From assembly GCA_965153355.1 (NCBI GenBank), contig OZ231126.1, positions 26,908,001 to 26,972,000 of the forward strand: a stretch of DNA of 64,000 nt, written 5' to 3'. This document shows positions 1 through 56,909 of this stretch, in pieces. Below the pieces are notes generated by a model, which was given only the letters and a program-made list of their open reading frames with translations, ran no database searches and was not told where the DNA came from. The stretch comes from Flaccisagitta enflata. Lineage: Eukaryota. A program made the position numbers and the translations under genes. Numbering within the stretch: position 1 is the stretch's first letter; every line of letters starts with the position of its first letter.

Positions 1-406
1 ATCTCCGTCCCGGTTGCCTTTAAAAAGGAAATTCTATTCCAATTTGACAGAACAAAAATCTGTGCCTCTAGAGAGATGAGAGCTTTGGTTGAAAAGTGAG
101 CATAAGGCAGCACAGACAATTGTTTTATTCAACATCAACTAGTTCAACAAATATTGACCTTATCAGGATTTTTTAGCTTAATCCAAAAAGATGCAATTAC
201 CTTTATCATGTACACTGATGCTGTTGCTCTTTTTGCTTGTGTAATAAGATTTTAAAGATTAATGCTTATTTAAATTTTTATTCCCCTGAATTAGGTCAAT
301 GCATTTGATACACAGTAATCATCCCAGGGATCAGGTCTTTCAATCGAAATGGATCACACCTATATATGTATAGGGTTTTCTCTGCGTTCTGATATTGTTA
401 TATACG

Positions 407-644
407 TTTTTAGTCGCTGCCTTAGCGACTCTATAAGAGGGTGTGTCCCTTGGTAGGTATGTCTGTTGGAAACGCGAAAATTTTGATGACGCGATATCGA
501 CTGAATAACGGATTTCTGACCATCACAGCTCCTGCCTGGCGTCCACACAGCCCCCGCCCACTCATTAACCGCCCCTGCCCACTAGCATCACTGCCCCTGC
601 CCACCAGCAGCGACTACGGATTGGCCGTGTATCCGGCCTTGTTT
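407..644 (+). mobile_element. Non-autonomous Helentron-related element (HINE/DINE-1-like)
   Basis: TTTTTAGTCGCTGC..CTCTATAAGAGG 5' end, subTIR GCAGCGACT, 3' hairpin GGCCG-TGTATC-CGGCC followed by TTGTTT. Confidence 0.75.
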
Positions 645-1161
645 GATAAAGTATGGTATAGTACTGTAAAGTATAGTCCGGATTAAGAACCATTGAGAGT
701 TCCCAAGACTGTCATCCTCATTTATTTGTTGTTTTTTTTTTTTCAATGAAGCAATGTTGTCCCAAGTCATTAAAGGGCAGTTTTTCTGCTTTAGTGGACA
801 GTGAAGTTTGTGAATTCAGTGTGCCAATTTGAAGAATTTTTTAATTTTTTTCCCTGAAATTTCCAAGGTTTACCGAATATTTTTTATAACTCTAGGAGTG
901 TGTTCACCATATGTTACACCTCAATTAACCCCTAGGCTTTGCAAAAGGTTTGGGATCATTTCAGGTGAGATGAGTGAAATTCTTAATGAGTTCAGAATAT
1001 TGATTTGAATCCAGTTTCCATTTTTTGCCACATTTGAATTTGAGCAGAGTGGCGCATTTTAGAGAGAAGAAAGTGGCTGCGGACGAGCAATGACGCGGGT
1101 AAAACCATGATTTCTTGCTCAGAAAATGCAACTACAGTAATTTCTGCCTACAGTGTAGATG

Positions 1162-1633
1162 AAACAAGGGCGGATACACGGCTACCCAAGTAGTGTGCGA
1201 TTTGAGCCTATTGGGGTGTTGCTGGGTGATAAGAGGCCGGGTATGGGAATTTTCTTTAGCTGGGCTGCTCTGAGTCATAGTGAAGGTGGTTTGAGCCTAT
1301 TGGGGTGGTTGCTGGGTGGTAAGAGGCTGGGTATGGGAATTTTCTTTAGCTGGGCTGATCTGAGTCATAGTGAAGGCGGTTTGAGCCTATTGGGGTGGTT
1401 GCTGGGTGGTAAGAGGCTGGGTATGGGAATTATCTTTAGCTGGGCTGATCTGAGTCATAGTGGTGCGGGTGGGCAGGGGTTGTGATAAAAAAGGCTTACC
1501 AAGTATTTGGGCAGGAGCAGTAATGCGGAAAACGCCCGTAAATACTGAAAAAGCAAAGTGTTACTGACCAACCGACCATCTTACCGACCAACCGACAGAG
1601 AGGGTTATAGAGTCCCGTGCACGCAACTAAAAA
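1162..1633 (-). mobile_element. HINE-like element with an internal ~90-bp tandem repeat (3 copies)
   Basis: AAACAAGGGCGGATACACGGC left end, ACCG tracts, TATAGAGTCCCGTGCACGCAACTAAAAA right end. Repeat starts at ~1201, 1290 and 1380. Confidence 0.7.
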
Positions 1634-1646
1634 GCCGGCGTTATTC

Positions 1647-1845
1647 TTAGTCGCGTGCTACGCGACTCTACACCCCGCTTTGTTGGTCCGTCCGTCCGTC
1701 CGTCCGTCCGTCGGCCGTCGGTTACACTTTACTTTTTTTGGGTCTTTGCGGTCTTTGGCCTCACTGCTCCTGCCCAAATGATCAAGTGACCTCAAATACA
1801 GCCCCTGCCTACCCGCACGCGACTGGGGTAGCCGTGAATCCGGCC
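1647..1845 (+). mobile_element. HINE-like element
   Basis: AGTCGCGT-GCT-ACGCGACT palindrome, (GTCC)n, subTIR GCACGCGACT, 3' GCCG..CGGC hairpin. Same family as 8365-8575. Confidence 0.75.
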
Positions 1846-2483
1846 GAAGATGGTTTGTCTCAGTCCTTAGCTGTGCGGAGATCTTCGCTAATTGTGAAGG
1901 ATGCTAGACAGATGTAGAGACCATTATGTACGTGTTATGAAAAATTTTACATACTCAAAAACATAGCGAAGGAAACTTTCTTTTTTTTAATGAGGCTCGA
2001 CCCGTCCATCAAGTGGTCCGTCATTCCGGCCAACCGTCCCTGAACGAAGAATTAAAAGCGCTTCTAAGTCCTGCCCAGCACAGCCGCGCGCGACTGGGTG
2101 TTTTGCCAGATTCTTTACGCTCTCAAATACAAATTTTGTCAACTTCTAGAAAATGAAAAAAGTTTTTGTTTTCACAAAATCGGTAGTTTCTGAGGTGGGA
2201 CGATCGAGATCCGCAATTATCAACGATTATCTCAAATTTTTGATTAACGTGACAATTTTTTCGAAAAAATCATTCGATTTTACTTGAACATTCCTTATCT
2301 TTGCCATTTCTCGAACACCCTCGAGATTTTTTGCAAAAGACATAGTGATGCGTGAAGGTGACTTACCTGTTTCCCAGAAGTGAACATTCGTAGATGTCGT
2401 CTGGACTTGGTAATACGGGGAACTCATTTTTGGAATGTCAGGTATGCACACAATAAAACTGTGTGTGCAATGCCTGTGTCCTA

Positions 2484-3040
2484 ACAGGATGTGCAAAAAA
2501 ATTTGGTAATTTTTTGGGGGAAAGCATGTAAACTCCGCCCTTCACAGATATTTTTTTCATCACAGTCAAGGCAAAATATTTTAATCAACCATTTTGTTCA
2601 AGGTTCATCAAAGGATAAACAGCCAGTTTCTGTGAAATGAGAGTGACAGAGGGCATAAAAGACCCATTTGCAGTAGGCCTTAAAGTGTTGGCAATAATGG
2701 ATAAATAGGAAGCATTAATCGATTTGCTTTTTAAAATGCAAAATTTTTGGATGACGTGGCTGTCCTGTTTGATTGCTGTATAAAAGTGTTTCTTTACCAT
2801 TACAGGCTGCCAGTTTAACAAGATTGCTGCTCTCTTTCATATTTCTGTTTGTAAAAATCCTATGAAATTAGAGAGGTTGCCCTCTGTATAACTATCAGTA
2901 ATGTTGGACACAAAACATATGCATTTAAACATTCAGGAAGACTATTTGTGAAACTGCAATTCAAATTTGATTTTACTAAGCCATATACAACAATGGTTTT
3001 TGTAATCATATGTAAATACCAAATTTTTTGCACACCCTGT
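2484..3040. mobile_element. Tc1/mariner-type MITE
   Basis: TIRs ACAGGATGTGCAAAAAAATTTGGTA / TACCAAATTTTTTGCACACCCTGT, flanked by TA. Confidence 0.75.
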
Positions 3041-5425
3041 TATGTAATGCTATCCGCTGTTTTTCTTTTCTTTTCCTTTCTTTTTTTTCTTTTTTTTTTC
3101 AAATTTCCCTATTCAGTGTCCACTGTTCCGCTGGTTCTTGTTGATGAATATTTCATACCATAGTTCATAGATAACTAGCTTTTTCAAAATTCTTTTTGTC
3201 TTCCTTGACATCGAAGGTAACTTACACCTACATTGAAAAAAACGGCTAAATCGATGCTGAAATGAAAGAGAAAAAAACTTGATTGCTGTTGTAAAAATAT
3301 ATAAGTATATCAATTCATGATTTTCGCGGGGAACAAGAACAAAAAAGAGTCAAAAACCAATCACATGAAACGGGTAAAAACAAGAGAGGAGATTTGACAC
3401 CAGACAACATGTACAGTAATCGAGGCAAAAAAGTCATAAGAGAGAGACCAGTAGTGGCTAAAAAACTATTCATTGTGGTGAAATTTAGATTTTTTTCGGA
3501 AAAAACTATTCATGATTTCTAGGTATAAGCAATAAAGGCGAAGGAGAAGCTTTCAATTTCATACATACCCATGTAGACATACACATACAATGGCGTACAT
3601 ACCACAAATAAATATGTATGAGCATTGTGAGCAGGAAAAAATTCCTATCTATTATTCTACGTCGAGTTCGGAAAACTGCCGTTGCACTCAACTGCAGACC
3701 AAGAAATGTCACATGCGTCATGACTCACGCATTTATCTTTAAAATGACACAAACTGATCAAAGAACCTCTTGGTGAGTTGCAGAATCAGTATGTGGTTTA
3801 CACATTTTTAGACATAAATGTGATCGAAGGTTAGTTCTATCGCTTAGTCTAATTTTCTTTCTGCAAATACTGTACTACCCAAATGAAGAATTTAGGTTTT
3901 CTCATCTTAATCGAAAAGTACAAATTTTCAATGGCTGGTCTAAAACTGTTCAAAATGATAGTCTTACGAGACTTAGAATTTTAGAATGTTTAAGACGCAG
4001 TGCACGGGAAGAAGAAATTTCAAGGGTCATTACAATTTTTTAGATATTTTTTATAATAGTTTTCTTTAAAATTCTTTTATGAAATAATATTTTTTAAATG
4101 TTGAATTATAGATTTTTGCATAGATAATCTCTTAAATACAAATTTGATGTACATAATGTATTAAAAAAAGGCAGAAAAAAGAAGAATTTTTACAGAAAAT
4201 TATACTCTGTCATCTCACTCTTGTTGGGTGAAATTATATCGTTGCATAGAAATAAAGAAATTTGCATTTCCAAAAACATAGCCTCATTCTAAAAATACAT
4301 AAGAAAAGGGCCATGTTCTTGGGAATGCAAAATTTTCTTTACTGAGGCCGTAATATAATTTCACCCAACAGTGTTCTGAAAATTTGTTCACTATTTTTCT
4401 AAAAAATTCAAATATTCAATTTTTAATTCTGATTGTTATGAAACTATTATGAGTATTCTGAATTGAAAAACATTGTTAAAACACTTTATACATTACATCA
4501 AAAATACTAAACTGAAATCCCAATGATATTTTCTAGTGGTAAACCTATATCATAAGCTAAAATTAAAATGAAACCAAAATTTCCTGTTCCTGTACACCAT
4601 GACTTAACGTTAAAAAAAAGGGCTAAAATCCAAAGATATCCACCCTCTAGTTCTAGTTGCAAACATTCTGAGGAACACCAGGCGCGCACAAATTATCCGA
4701 CGTGACAGTTAACAAATAACCTTTCTACTGACGGCCCCTCATTCCATCTCCTCTCAATTGGGGGGAAAACATGAAAGTACGGAACAAGGGAAAAGACAAC
4801 ATGGACGATAACTAACGAGGGATGATTTATTTTATGAGATTTTTGATGAGAACTTTTTACTCGGATTCATCTCGTTCACACAGAGCATGATATGACATGA
4901 CATGACATGGTAAAGTAGCATCAGAATGAGCATCTTTGTATCATAACTGGGGAAGGACGTCTTACCGACTAATACAAACACATTCACGCTCCAATGCGCT
5001 TGCGCCTCCGTGCACCAAGACGCAGACTACCCGCAGGCAATATAAATTTAAAAGTGCGTCTTTTTTATCTTTTCTTTTTTTTTTTTTTTTTTTTTTTGTA
5101 TTGTAATACGCCTAATTAACCTTAACAAGACATACTTTTGCGTCAAAAATATATCGTGTATGCACAAACAATTTTTTACTTTTGCCATGATACATGACAT
5201 GAAATAAGATTGATAAGACGCGTGCTTTTCGACATGTCTGTCAACTCTCAGTATGGGAGTCACATATTACAATAACATTATCATTCTCTCATTCTCATAT
5301 ATGCACAAAACGATAACAGTTTACTGCCCCTTTAATGCCCTGTTTCTTGCAGTCCAGCTCGATGCCACTCGCATCTGTCTAAGACAGGACATGTTATTTT
5401 GTGACTACTAGTTAGTTTGTTTGGG

Positions 5426-5681
5426 TTTTTAGTTGCGGACACGCAACTCCATAAGAGGCTTTGTCCGTCCGTCCGTCAGTCCGTCCGTCCGTCCGTCTGT
5501 CCATCACGCTCGAGTTGAAAACACGAAAAACGCGTATTTATGATACTGCAGTTGTTATTGTGTGTGTGGGTGGGTGAGTGCGTAGCAGGAGTGGTTGGGG
5601 GTAGGGTTGGGGTGAGGATAGGGGTTGGGATGCCCCTGCCCATCCGTCCGCAACGATATTGTGACCCCGCGTCACTTGTTT
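5426..5681 (+). mobile_element. HINE-like element
   Basis: AGTTGCG-GACA-CGCAACT 5' palindrome, (GTCC)n, subTIR GTCCGCAAC, hairpin GTGAC-CCCGC-GTCAC followed by TTGTT. Confidence 0.8.
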
Positions 5682-5778
5682 TGTTTGTTTTTTACTGTGT
5701 TTGTCAATTTCCCGTCCCCAAGCTGTGTATGTCTGTCTGTTTGTCTTTCTGTCACTGTGTGTCTCCTTCCCATATTAT

Positions 5779-25672
<19,894 letters not shown>

Positions 25673-26634
25673 TGCGAAGTATAAATATAAATTGTGGTTA
25701 ACATGAAGCAAATTTCGCGGTCGTTTTTGTCGATGTTGTTGTTATTGTTGTTGTTGTTGTTGTTGTTTTTGTTGTTATTGTGGTCGATGTTTTCATGCTG
25801 ATGACGATTGAACGAAGAGGTAGAACTAGTTGGCGATTTGACGAAAATCAAAGACGACCTCAAATCAAGTACCTCGCCACGCGATTCAATCTACAAAACA
25901 AAATATCATTTGATAATGAATTTAAGCTGATATTTGCAAATAAAAAGTCCTGAAGTTTTGTAACGACGATCGAACTTCGCTTTTTTTTATGTCTCAGATT
26001 TTTAGTCGAGAGGATTAATATCAGAAACCGAGAGGAAGCAAATTATGCGCTTTTGGCGGGTGCACGCCTGTACGGTATTCTTTTCCCCCTTTGCTTTTGC
26101 CATGCAAATCAATCTATTGATATTAATGTTTATCGGAAGGCGAAGTGATTCAATCAACTCCACACGCTGCTATGTAGGTTCGTCCGTCCGTCCGTGCGTC
26201 CGTCCGTTGGTGAGTCCAAAATGTTACTGAAATATTGCCCTTTTTCATAGTCATAGGTCATAGGTCATAGACCGGCCATAGGCCGTTGTAAGGTGTGTGA
26301 AATACCATTGTTCTGATGTTTTGTAGTAATGGGAATAATGCCCCTGCCCATTGCCCAACATCCCAACCGTCCGCGACTTTTGCCTTGTGTTGGGCTTGTA
26401 ATTACTTTACGACTTTACGGTCTTTTGCCGGAGGAATGGGTTATGGGTATCATGTCTATCCAAATGTGATGTAACTACTGCAAATCTAATTTGTGTATAA
26501 GAGGAGGTTATTGTTACTGTGGTTGTGAAAAAAAGAAACTCTAAAAAAAAACATCCAAATCATCCATTTCAACACACAATCATCTTCATATTACAAGAGC
26601 GAAGACAAGAATATCGTACGATGTTTGGCGAGCG

Positions 26635-26739
<105 letters not shown>

Positions 26740-28526
26740 TTTTATCATTTTAAAAAGAAGAATCGATCTCAGAGGCATGAAATAGAAATATCTTTCAAGT
26801 TTTGACGAGATTTTCTAACCGTTTCTTAACATGATCAGATAGGCTGGTTGGTTGTTCAGTCTGTCATCTGTCGTCAATCTGGTTTTAAGTTTCTAACACA
26901 CGATAAAGAATACTTTCATAAAAAAATTGCGTCTGTCTGACGGTCGGTCTGTCGGTCACACTAACCCAATTTCTTATGTAAACAACTTCTAGTGTAAATC
27001 AAGGCGGGGCAGTGATTCATTCGGCTAGGGGCAGCGTGATTCTTGGATAGCAGCTAGCAGGATGGAAATTGGTAAAAGCCCTGTGTCCAACTCCCTAGGG
27101 ATCCCTCGCGCCCCTCCCCAGACTTCAGACAGTGCATTGTGATAGTACTAGTCTGAATGACTGACTCTATCAAATTTTTATCGTAACTGCGCTTTAGTCT
27201 GGTAGGCTGACTAGCTGAGTGATTTGTTCTCTTTCTTTCATTCGATGTGACGGGTTTTTAATTGTTGCTGAATCAAGCACAGGTTTAAGTAAAGGTTATA
27301 CCGTAGAACTTGAGAATCATTGACTCAAGAAAAGTGATTCGGTTGAACCGCTACTCAGATAACAAATCAATGCAAATGGGATCGATCTATGATCAATAAA
27401 GGGCACTGTAAGAATATCACTTTGCAAACTAGGTTCATTCGCACTGGAAAATCTGGCCTGGCTGTCATCTGAGTAATGATTGCGGAATGGCTTGGACCGA
27501 AGAATGACCCCGATCCTTTCCTCATTTGGAGGGAGAGGCTTGGAACGGTTTGGGACACGGGAAATGTTATCCTCGTCCGCGGTAGTATGGAAATGGTTAA
27601 TGATCAGAGTAAGAAGACAGACCTTAAGGCGTAGTTGTACGGCAAAAGTTAGGGCAGCACGTCCTAACCAGAAAGAATCTATGTGATACTGTCCCGAATA
27701 GTCACAGCCTCCTTTGATCTCTTGATTAGTCCCTACAGTAGGACAGGCGAGCTTTTTATGGAGGAGCTAGTAGCGCCGCTACTCGGAATGATATGGGCAT
27801 AAGATAACAAAAGATAACAGAAGTTATACCTCCACTCCAATTCACAAGCACACCGTCTTCACTTCCTTCAACCACTTATATTGGATCAGTGCCTCGGACC
27901 TTTCACCTTCACTCCAACAAGTCTCTGGGCGGGATACGTCCCCCGCCTTGCAAAAATGCCCCCAGAAGGTAATCCGGAAGGTTAGCAGTCTTTATCGCAA
28001 CGCTGTTGATATAGTTTCAAAAAATGTTACTCTTTCGCTTTTACAATTAAAAATGTAAACTTTAGTGGGACTTGAAAGAATGTTCATCAATACTACTTGA
28101 CACAATTTCATACTTGAAATGAACTTAGAAATCAAAGATTTTCATTGTGTAAGTAAGAAAGCAACACATAATTGTTGATAAATCTGAGTCGACATGGGGC
28201 AGTTTTAAATGCAGAGAGAAACCTTGCCACTGCGATATGCAAATAAGCTTTTCATATATCGCTTTTGAGTGTGTGGGGACGTAACACGCCTTCGCATGAC
28301 CAAGGAAATCTCAACGCTCAAGGGGGAAAACGAATGTTTGTTTGGGCTGGTTTTTGTTAATGCGTGGCTTGAAACAACTGATTGGCATCTTTAAAGAACC
28401 GTTTCATGTTGTCCAAAGGCCAGAACTCAAATCCAATTTATAATGAAATATTGATGGACACACCAATGGACTGCGAGTGGAACAATATCATATTAGCTCA
28501 CAAACAAGTGACGCGGGGTCACTATA

Positions 28527-29710
28527 CTACCTAGGTCATAAGTATTGCAAGACCTAACCAATATTTTGATTTATCATAAGAGGATTAGCTAAACTGATAA
28601 ATTATGTTTTCTTTTGTGAATATTTCCATCCATATATCAAAAAACCTTAGCAGAGAGCTTATTCTCCTAAGCATGTACGATCATCTCATATGATATCTGA
28701 ATAACGTTTAAGCCTAAAGTGATGAATAGTGGTTTTTATTATTTTGCTTGCCATTTCTATGAGGTTTATAATATAAATACCAGATCAAGCTTGTAGATTT
28801 TTTGAAGTAGTTTAATTTGTTTTTTTAACAAACTTTCTAGCTTAACTAGAAGCAGAGGAAACTTAAGTTACACCAGTCACTGATTTTTTTTTTTTTCATT
28901 TCTGAGTTTGACTGTTTTTACTCTTTTGCTGGTTTTTAAATGGTAAACGGTAATTTGTAAAAGCTACAGGAACCAAATTGCGCTCATTTTGAAGATTTTT
29001 TGATGTAGATTAATTTGTTTTTTATAAGTATGACGGAAAATTTATAGAGGAAAATGAAGTGTTTCACAATACTTTTTGCATCATTATCAGGACAATAATG
29101 AAGCTGGAATGCTTTGAGTGGACAAATTGTCTCTAAGGATACTTGGCGCATACATTTTTATCATATTCTGACTTAAAATGAAATTTGAACCATGCGATTC
29201 ACATGAAAACAAGCAAGAAAATGATGATTTTTAGTGATTTTCTGCTTACACTTTTTTTCATTTTCTGAGGTTGAAATTCTAAGAACGCCAAATATAGGGA
29301 AATTTTGCATTTTGAAAAACATAGTTCTCTCTGTAATCGATTTGGGAAGAGAACTATGTTCTTTGTTTTTTCGTTTTTTCATTTCCTATGCAAATTTAGA
29401 ATTTCAACCAGCCCCCTGTCAGTGACCAAAAATAAAAAAAGTACAAATTTTCTAAGTAATTTTTTTTGTAACATTGGCTAAACTTGGTCCTTTTGCTGAA
29501 TCAATGCAAATTTTTCTTTTAAATATCATATCTGAGCCATCTCAATCATCTTCATTCACTTATTTCTGCATTTTCATTTATACATTTTTTTCTATTTTGA
29601 TCTTCTTTGAAACACAAATGTTGCCTTCGGAGGGAAGCCGTCGTATCTAGCTGCTCTATAAGCGGAGATATCTTTAGTTGAAGGTGTTGCAATACTTATG
29701 ACCTAGGTAG
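28527..29710. mobile_element. Tc1/mariner-type MITE inserted into a minus-strand HINE
   Basis: TIRs CTACCTAGGTCATAAGTATTGCAA / TTGCAATACTTATGACCTAGGTAG with TA flanks. The flanks rejoin as the HINE hairpin GTGACGCGGGGTCAC plus the subTIR-like TCGTTACGGACG. Confidence 0.85.
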
Positions 29711-30446
29711 TATCGTTACGGACGGATGGGCAGGGGTATCCAAGCCCCAGCCTCATCCCAACCACACCTCCAACCCCCATCCAACACAGGATAGCATACA
29801 AAGCTGAGATTAGCCAGAAATAGCTATCCATTTTCATTGCAATTGATAATCGGTCAGAAAAAAACTTCAATTTCTGTTTAGCGTAGCATAAACTGCGTAA
29901 AAGCGTTATTGCTTCTCTAAAAGATCTAGTGAGTTTACTTGCTTCCATCCATAGCCTAGTCCATTGGAAACTTCTTTTATGTTCAATGATCATGCAAATT
30001 CTTTCATATATGAATTCAAAAGAACTTTTCGTGCTTTTTGGTCATCATTACTTTTAGTTAAATAGTCCGTCAGTAATTGCTTACGGTCCGTCATAGCGCC
30101 ATCATTCCTTCCGATTTGTCTTCTCTTATCACCGCACCTACAAAGTTGCAAAGGCTTTTAAACAATGCTATATTGGAAATGTTTAAAACATAAGTGAAAG
30201 AAACCTTTTTTCTTACAAACAACCTGTTCTTAATCTTGTCGTGATTCCATTTTGATCTTGGATCACTCTCACACCAAATCGCCTCAATTCCCAAATCGCA
30301 TTTCATTTACCGATTCTCTTGGCCTTATTTCCCTCCCGAAAGTAATTAGTATTGGCTATTCTTTCCTTTCTATTTAATGTCTCATTCTCCGCTTTTCTGT
30401 CCGGTTTTTGCCACTCCGTGTTCTTGTGTGTTACATATTGTGCACA

Positions 30447-31156
30447 TATTGCTAATATCAGTACTTTCACCAGTACATCAGTAATCTTTGACTGTGACTT
30501 TTTAAAGATGTTTTTGGTGTACTTGATGGGATCTAGGACTGTCCACCCTATGCTAATGAGGTATGCAGTCAAGTTGATAGTTTTTTCAGGTAAGCATTTC
30601 ATAATTTTCATTTGTCAAAAATAGAGAATAGCTGTGAGCAATCCGCAGTAAACGCCACTGAAAATGAAAGCTTGCAAGGCTTTCATCGTCAGACGTTAAT
30701 AAATAGGAGTATTCTGGCCTCCTTTTGTTAAGGCAATGTTGTTTCAACTTTCATGCTTTTATTTTTGTCAGTTCGTTTGCCCGTCTCGCTCTCTATTTGT
30801 CATGCTCAACTTTTGTCGGCCAGTGTTCTTCTCTCACATAAGGGTATGGTTTTTTAATCAATATTGCTAGTGTCAGTACTTCCACCAGTACATTAGTAAT
30901 CTTTGATTGTTACTTTTGTGAGAGATTTTGTGTATACTAAATAATATAGGCCTGTCCGAACTTTTACTAACGAGGTATGCAGTCAAGCTGATGGTTTTTT
31001 TCAGGTAGGCATTTCTTTTGTTTCTTTTGTTAATTGTAAAGGATAGTTGTGAGCATTCCGGAGTAAACACCATTGAAAGCTTGCAAGGCTTTCATCCTTT
31101 GTAAATTGGAGAATTCTGGCCTCCTTTTGTAAGGGCAATGTTGTTTCAACTTTCAT
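30447..31156. repeat. Diverged ~400-bp tandem duplication
   Basis: CAGTACTT..CACCAGTACAT..GAGGTATGCAGTCAAG..GCTTGCAAGGCTTTCATC..GCAATGTTGTTTCAACTTT occurs at ~30447-30760 and ~30862-31156. Confidence 0.8.
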
Positions 31157-31293
31157 AAATCAGTCTCTCTTACTAAATCAGCCGGTTAACTATTTCATCC
31201 GTCCGCCTGTCCGTCTGTCCCCCGTCCGCCTGTCCGTCTGTCCCCCGTCTGTCCGTCCGTCTGTCCCCTCTGATCAGTATGGCTGTATGCGCA

Positions 31294-31405
<112 letters not shown>

Positions 31406-31817
31406 TCTCCAATCTCTCGTGCCAAAGGATGTATCAAGAAGACAGAAATCTGGTCAAACAGGTTGGAGATCGATCGACGCTGTATTCCGAAAAAAGAACA
31501 CACAACAAAGAAGCATTTACCTTTTGTTTGAAAAGGAGTCCGGGCAATAGAAGACATGATGGCAATCCAAACATGGACATTAAAAGCAAAACTGTTTTGA
31601 TACTTGTCGAAGTCCTTTTCTTGTGTGGATAAAAAGGAAGAAAAGAAACTTGCATAATCAATAAACATGCGGTTATATAAGTTGTGCAAATCAAAAGGAA
31701 CGAGGCGGTTCGTAGGCGTGGCTTAAGGAGCCTAGATCCTCCTCAACTTGTTGTATGCGTTTGAGAGGAAGAGAGAGAGGGAATTGGGAAACTAAGATCT
31801 GGGATGATGAACGCAAA

Positions 31818-31921
<104 letters not shown>

Positions 31922-32239
31922 GATTGTGCCGACAGAGGCGTTAGTGTCGCTTACGTTTTGGTGATGGTGATGATGAAGAAGATGATCAAGGCTCTAGTTT
32001 TCTCTCTCTTTTTCTCCTTCTTCTTCTTCTCCTTCTCTTCCTCCCCCTCCTCCTTCTTTTCCCAGTCTTGATATGGAGTCGTGATGAGAAGAAGAGAGAG
32101 AGATAGAAGAAGAGAGACACTGACTTACACACAGAAGAATCCTGTGCAACGAATTCGTCCATCTGCGAATCCGTTTGCAACGGTAACTTGGAATCGCTGC
32201 AAAATCGGGTTGTGTTTTCTTTGGAAATTTCGACCCGGG

Positions 32240-33531
<1,292 letters not shown>

Positions 33532-33759
33532 TGTCCTCGTTGGGAACTTCCACGATGTCAATCGGAGTTTGGCCACAATCGTTGCGTTGCCGTTTGAGAA
33601 CATGACGTTTAGCCCACTCCCACACAAGCTTAATATGAACTGAAATGAATTTCAATAAAACTTTATGATTAACTGAACTAAAGATGATAGAAGAATTAAG
33701 AAAAAAGCCTATTTTCTGATATCGTGACATTTACTGAAGTGGCACCGAAATTCGCGAAA

Positions 33760-56909
<23,150 letters not shown>

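Noticed and set aside
27280-27990. Higher-complexity stretch resembling coding or LTR sequence
   Set aside because: No long ORF, recognisable motif, terminal repeat or TSD found.
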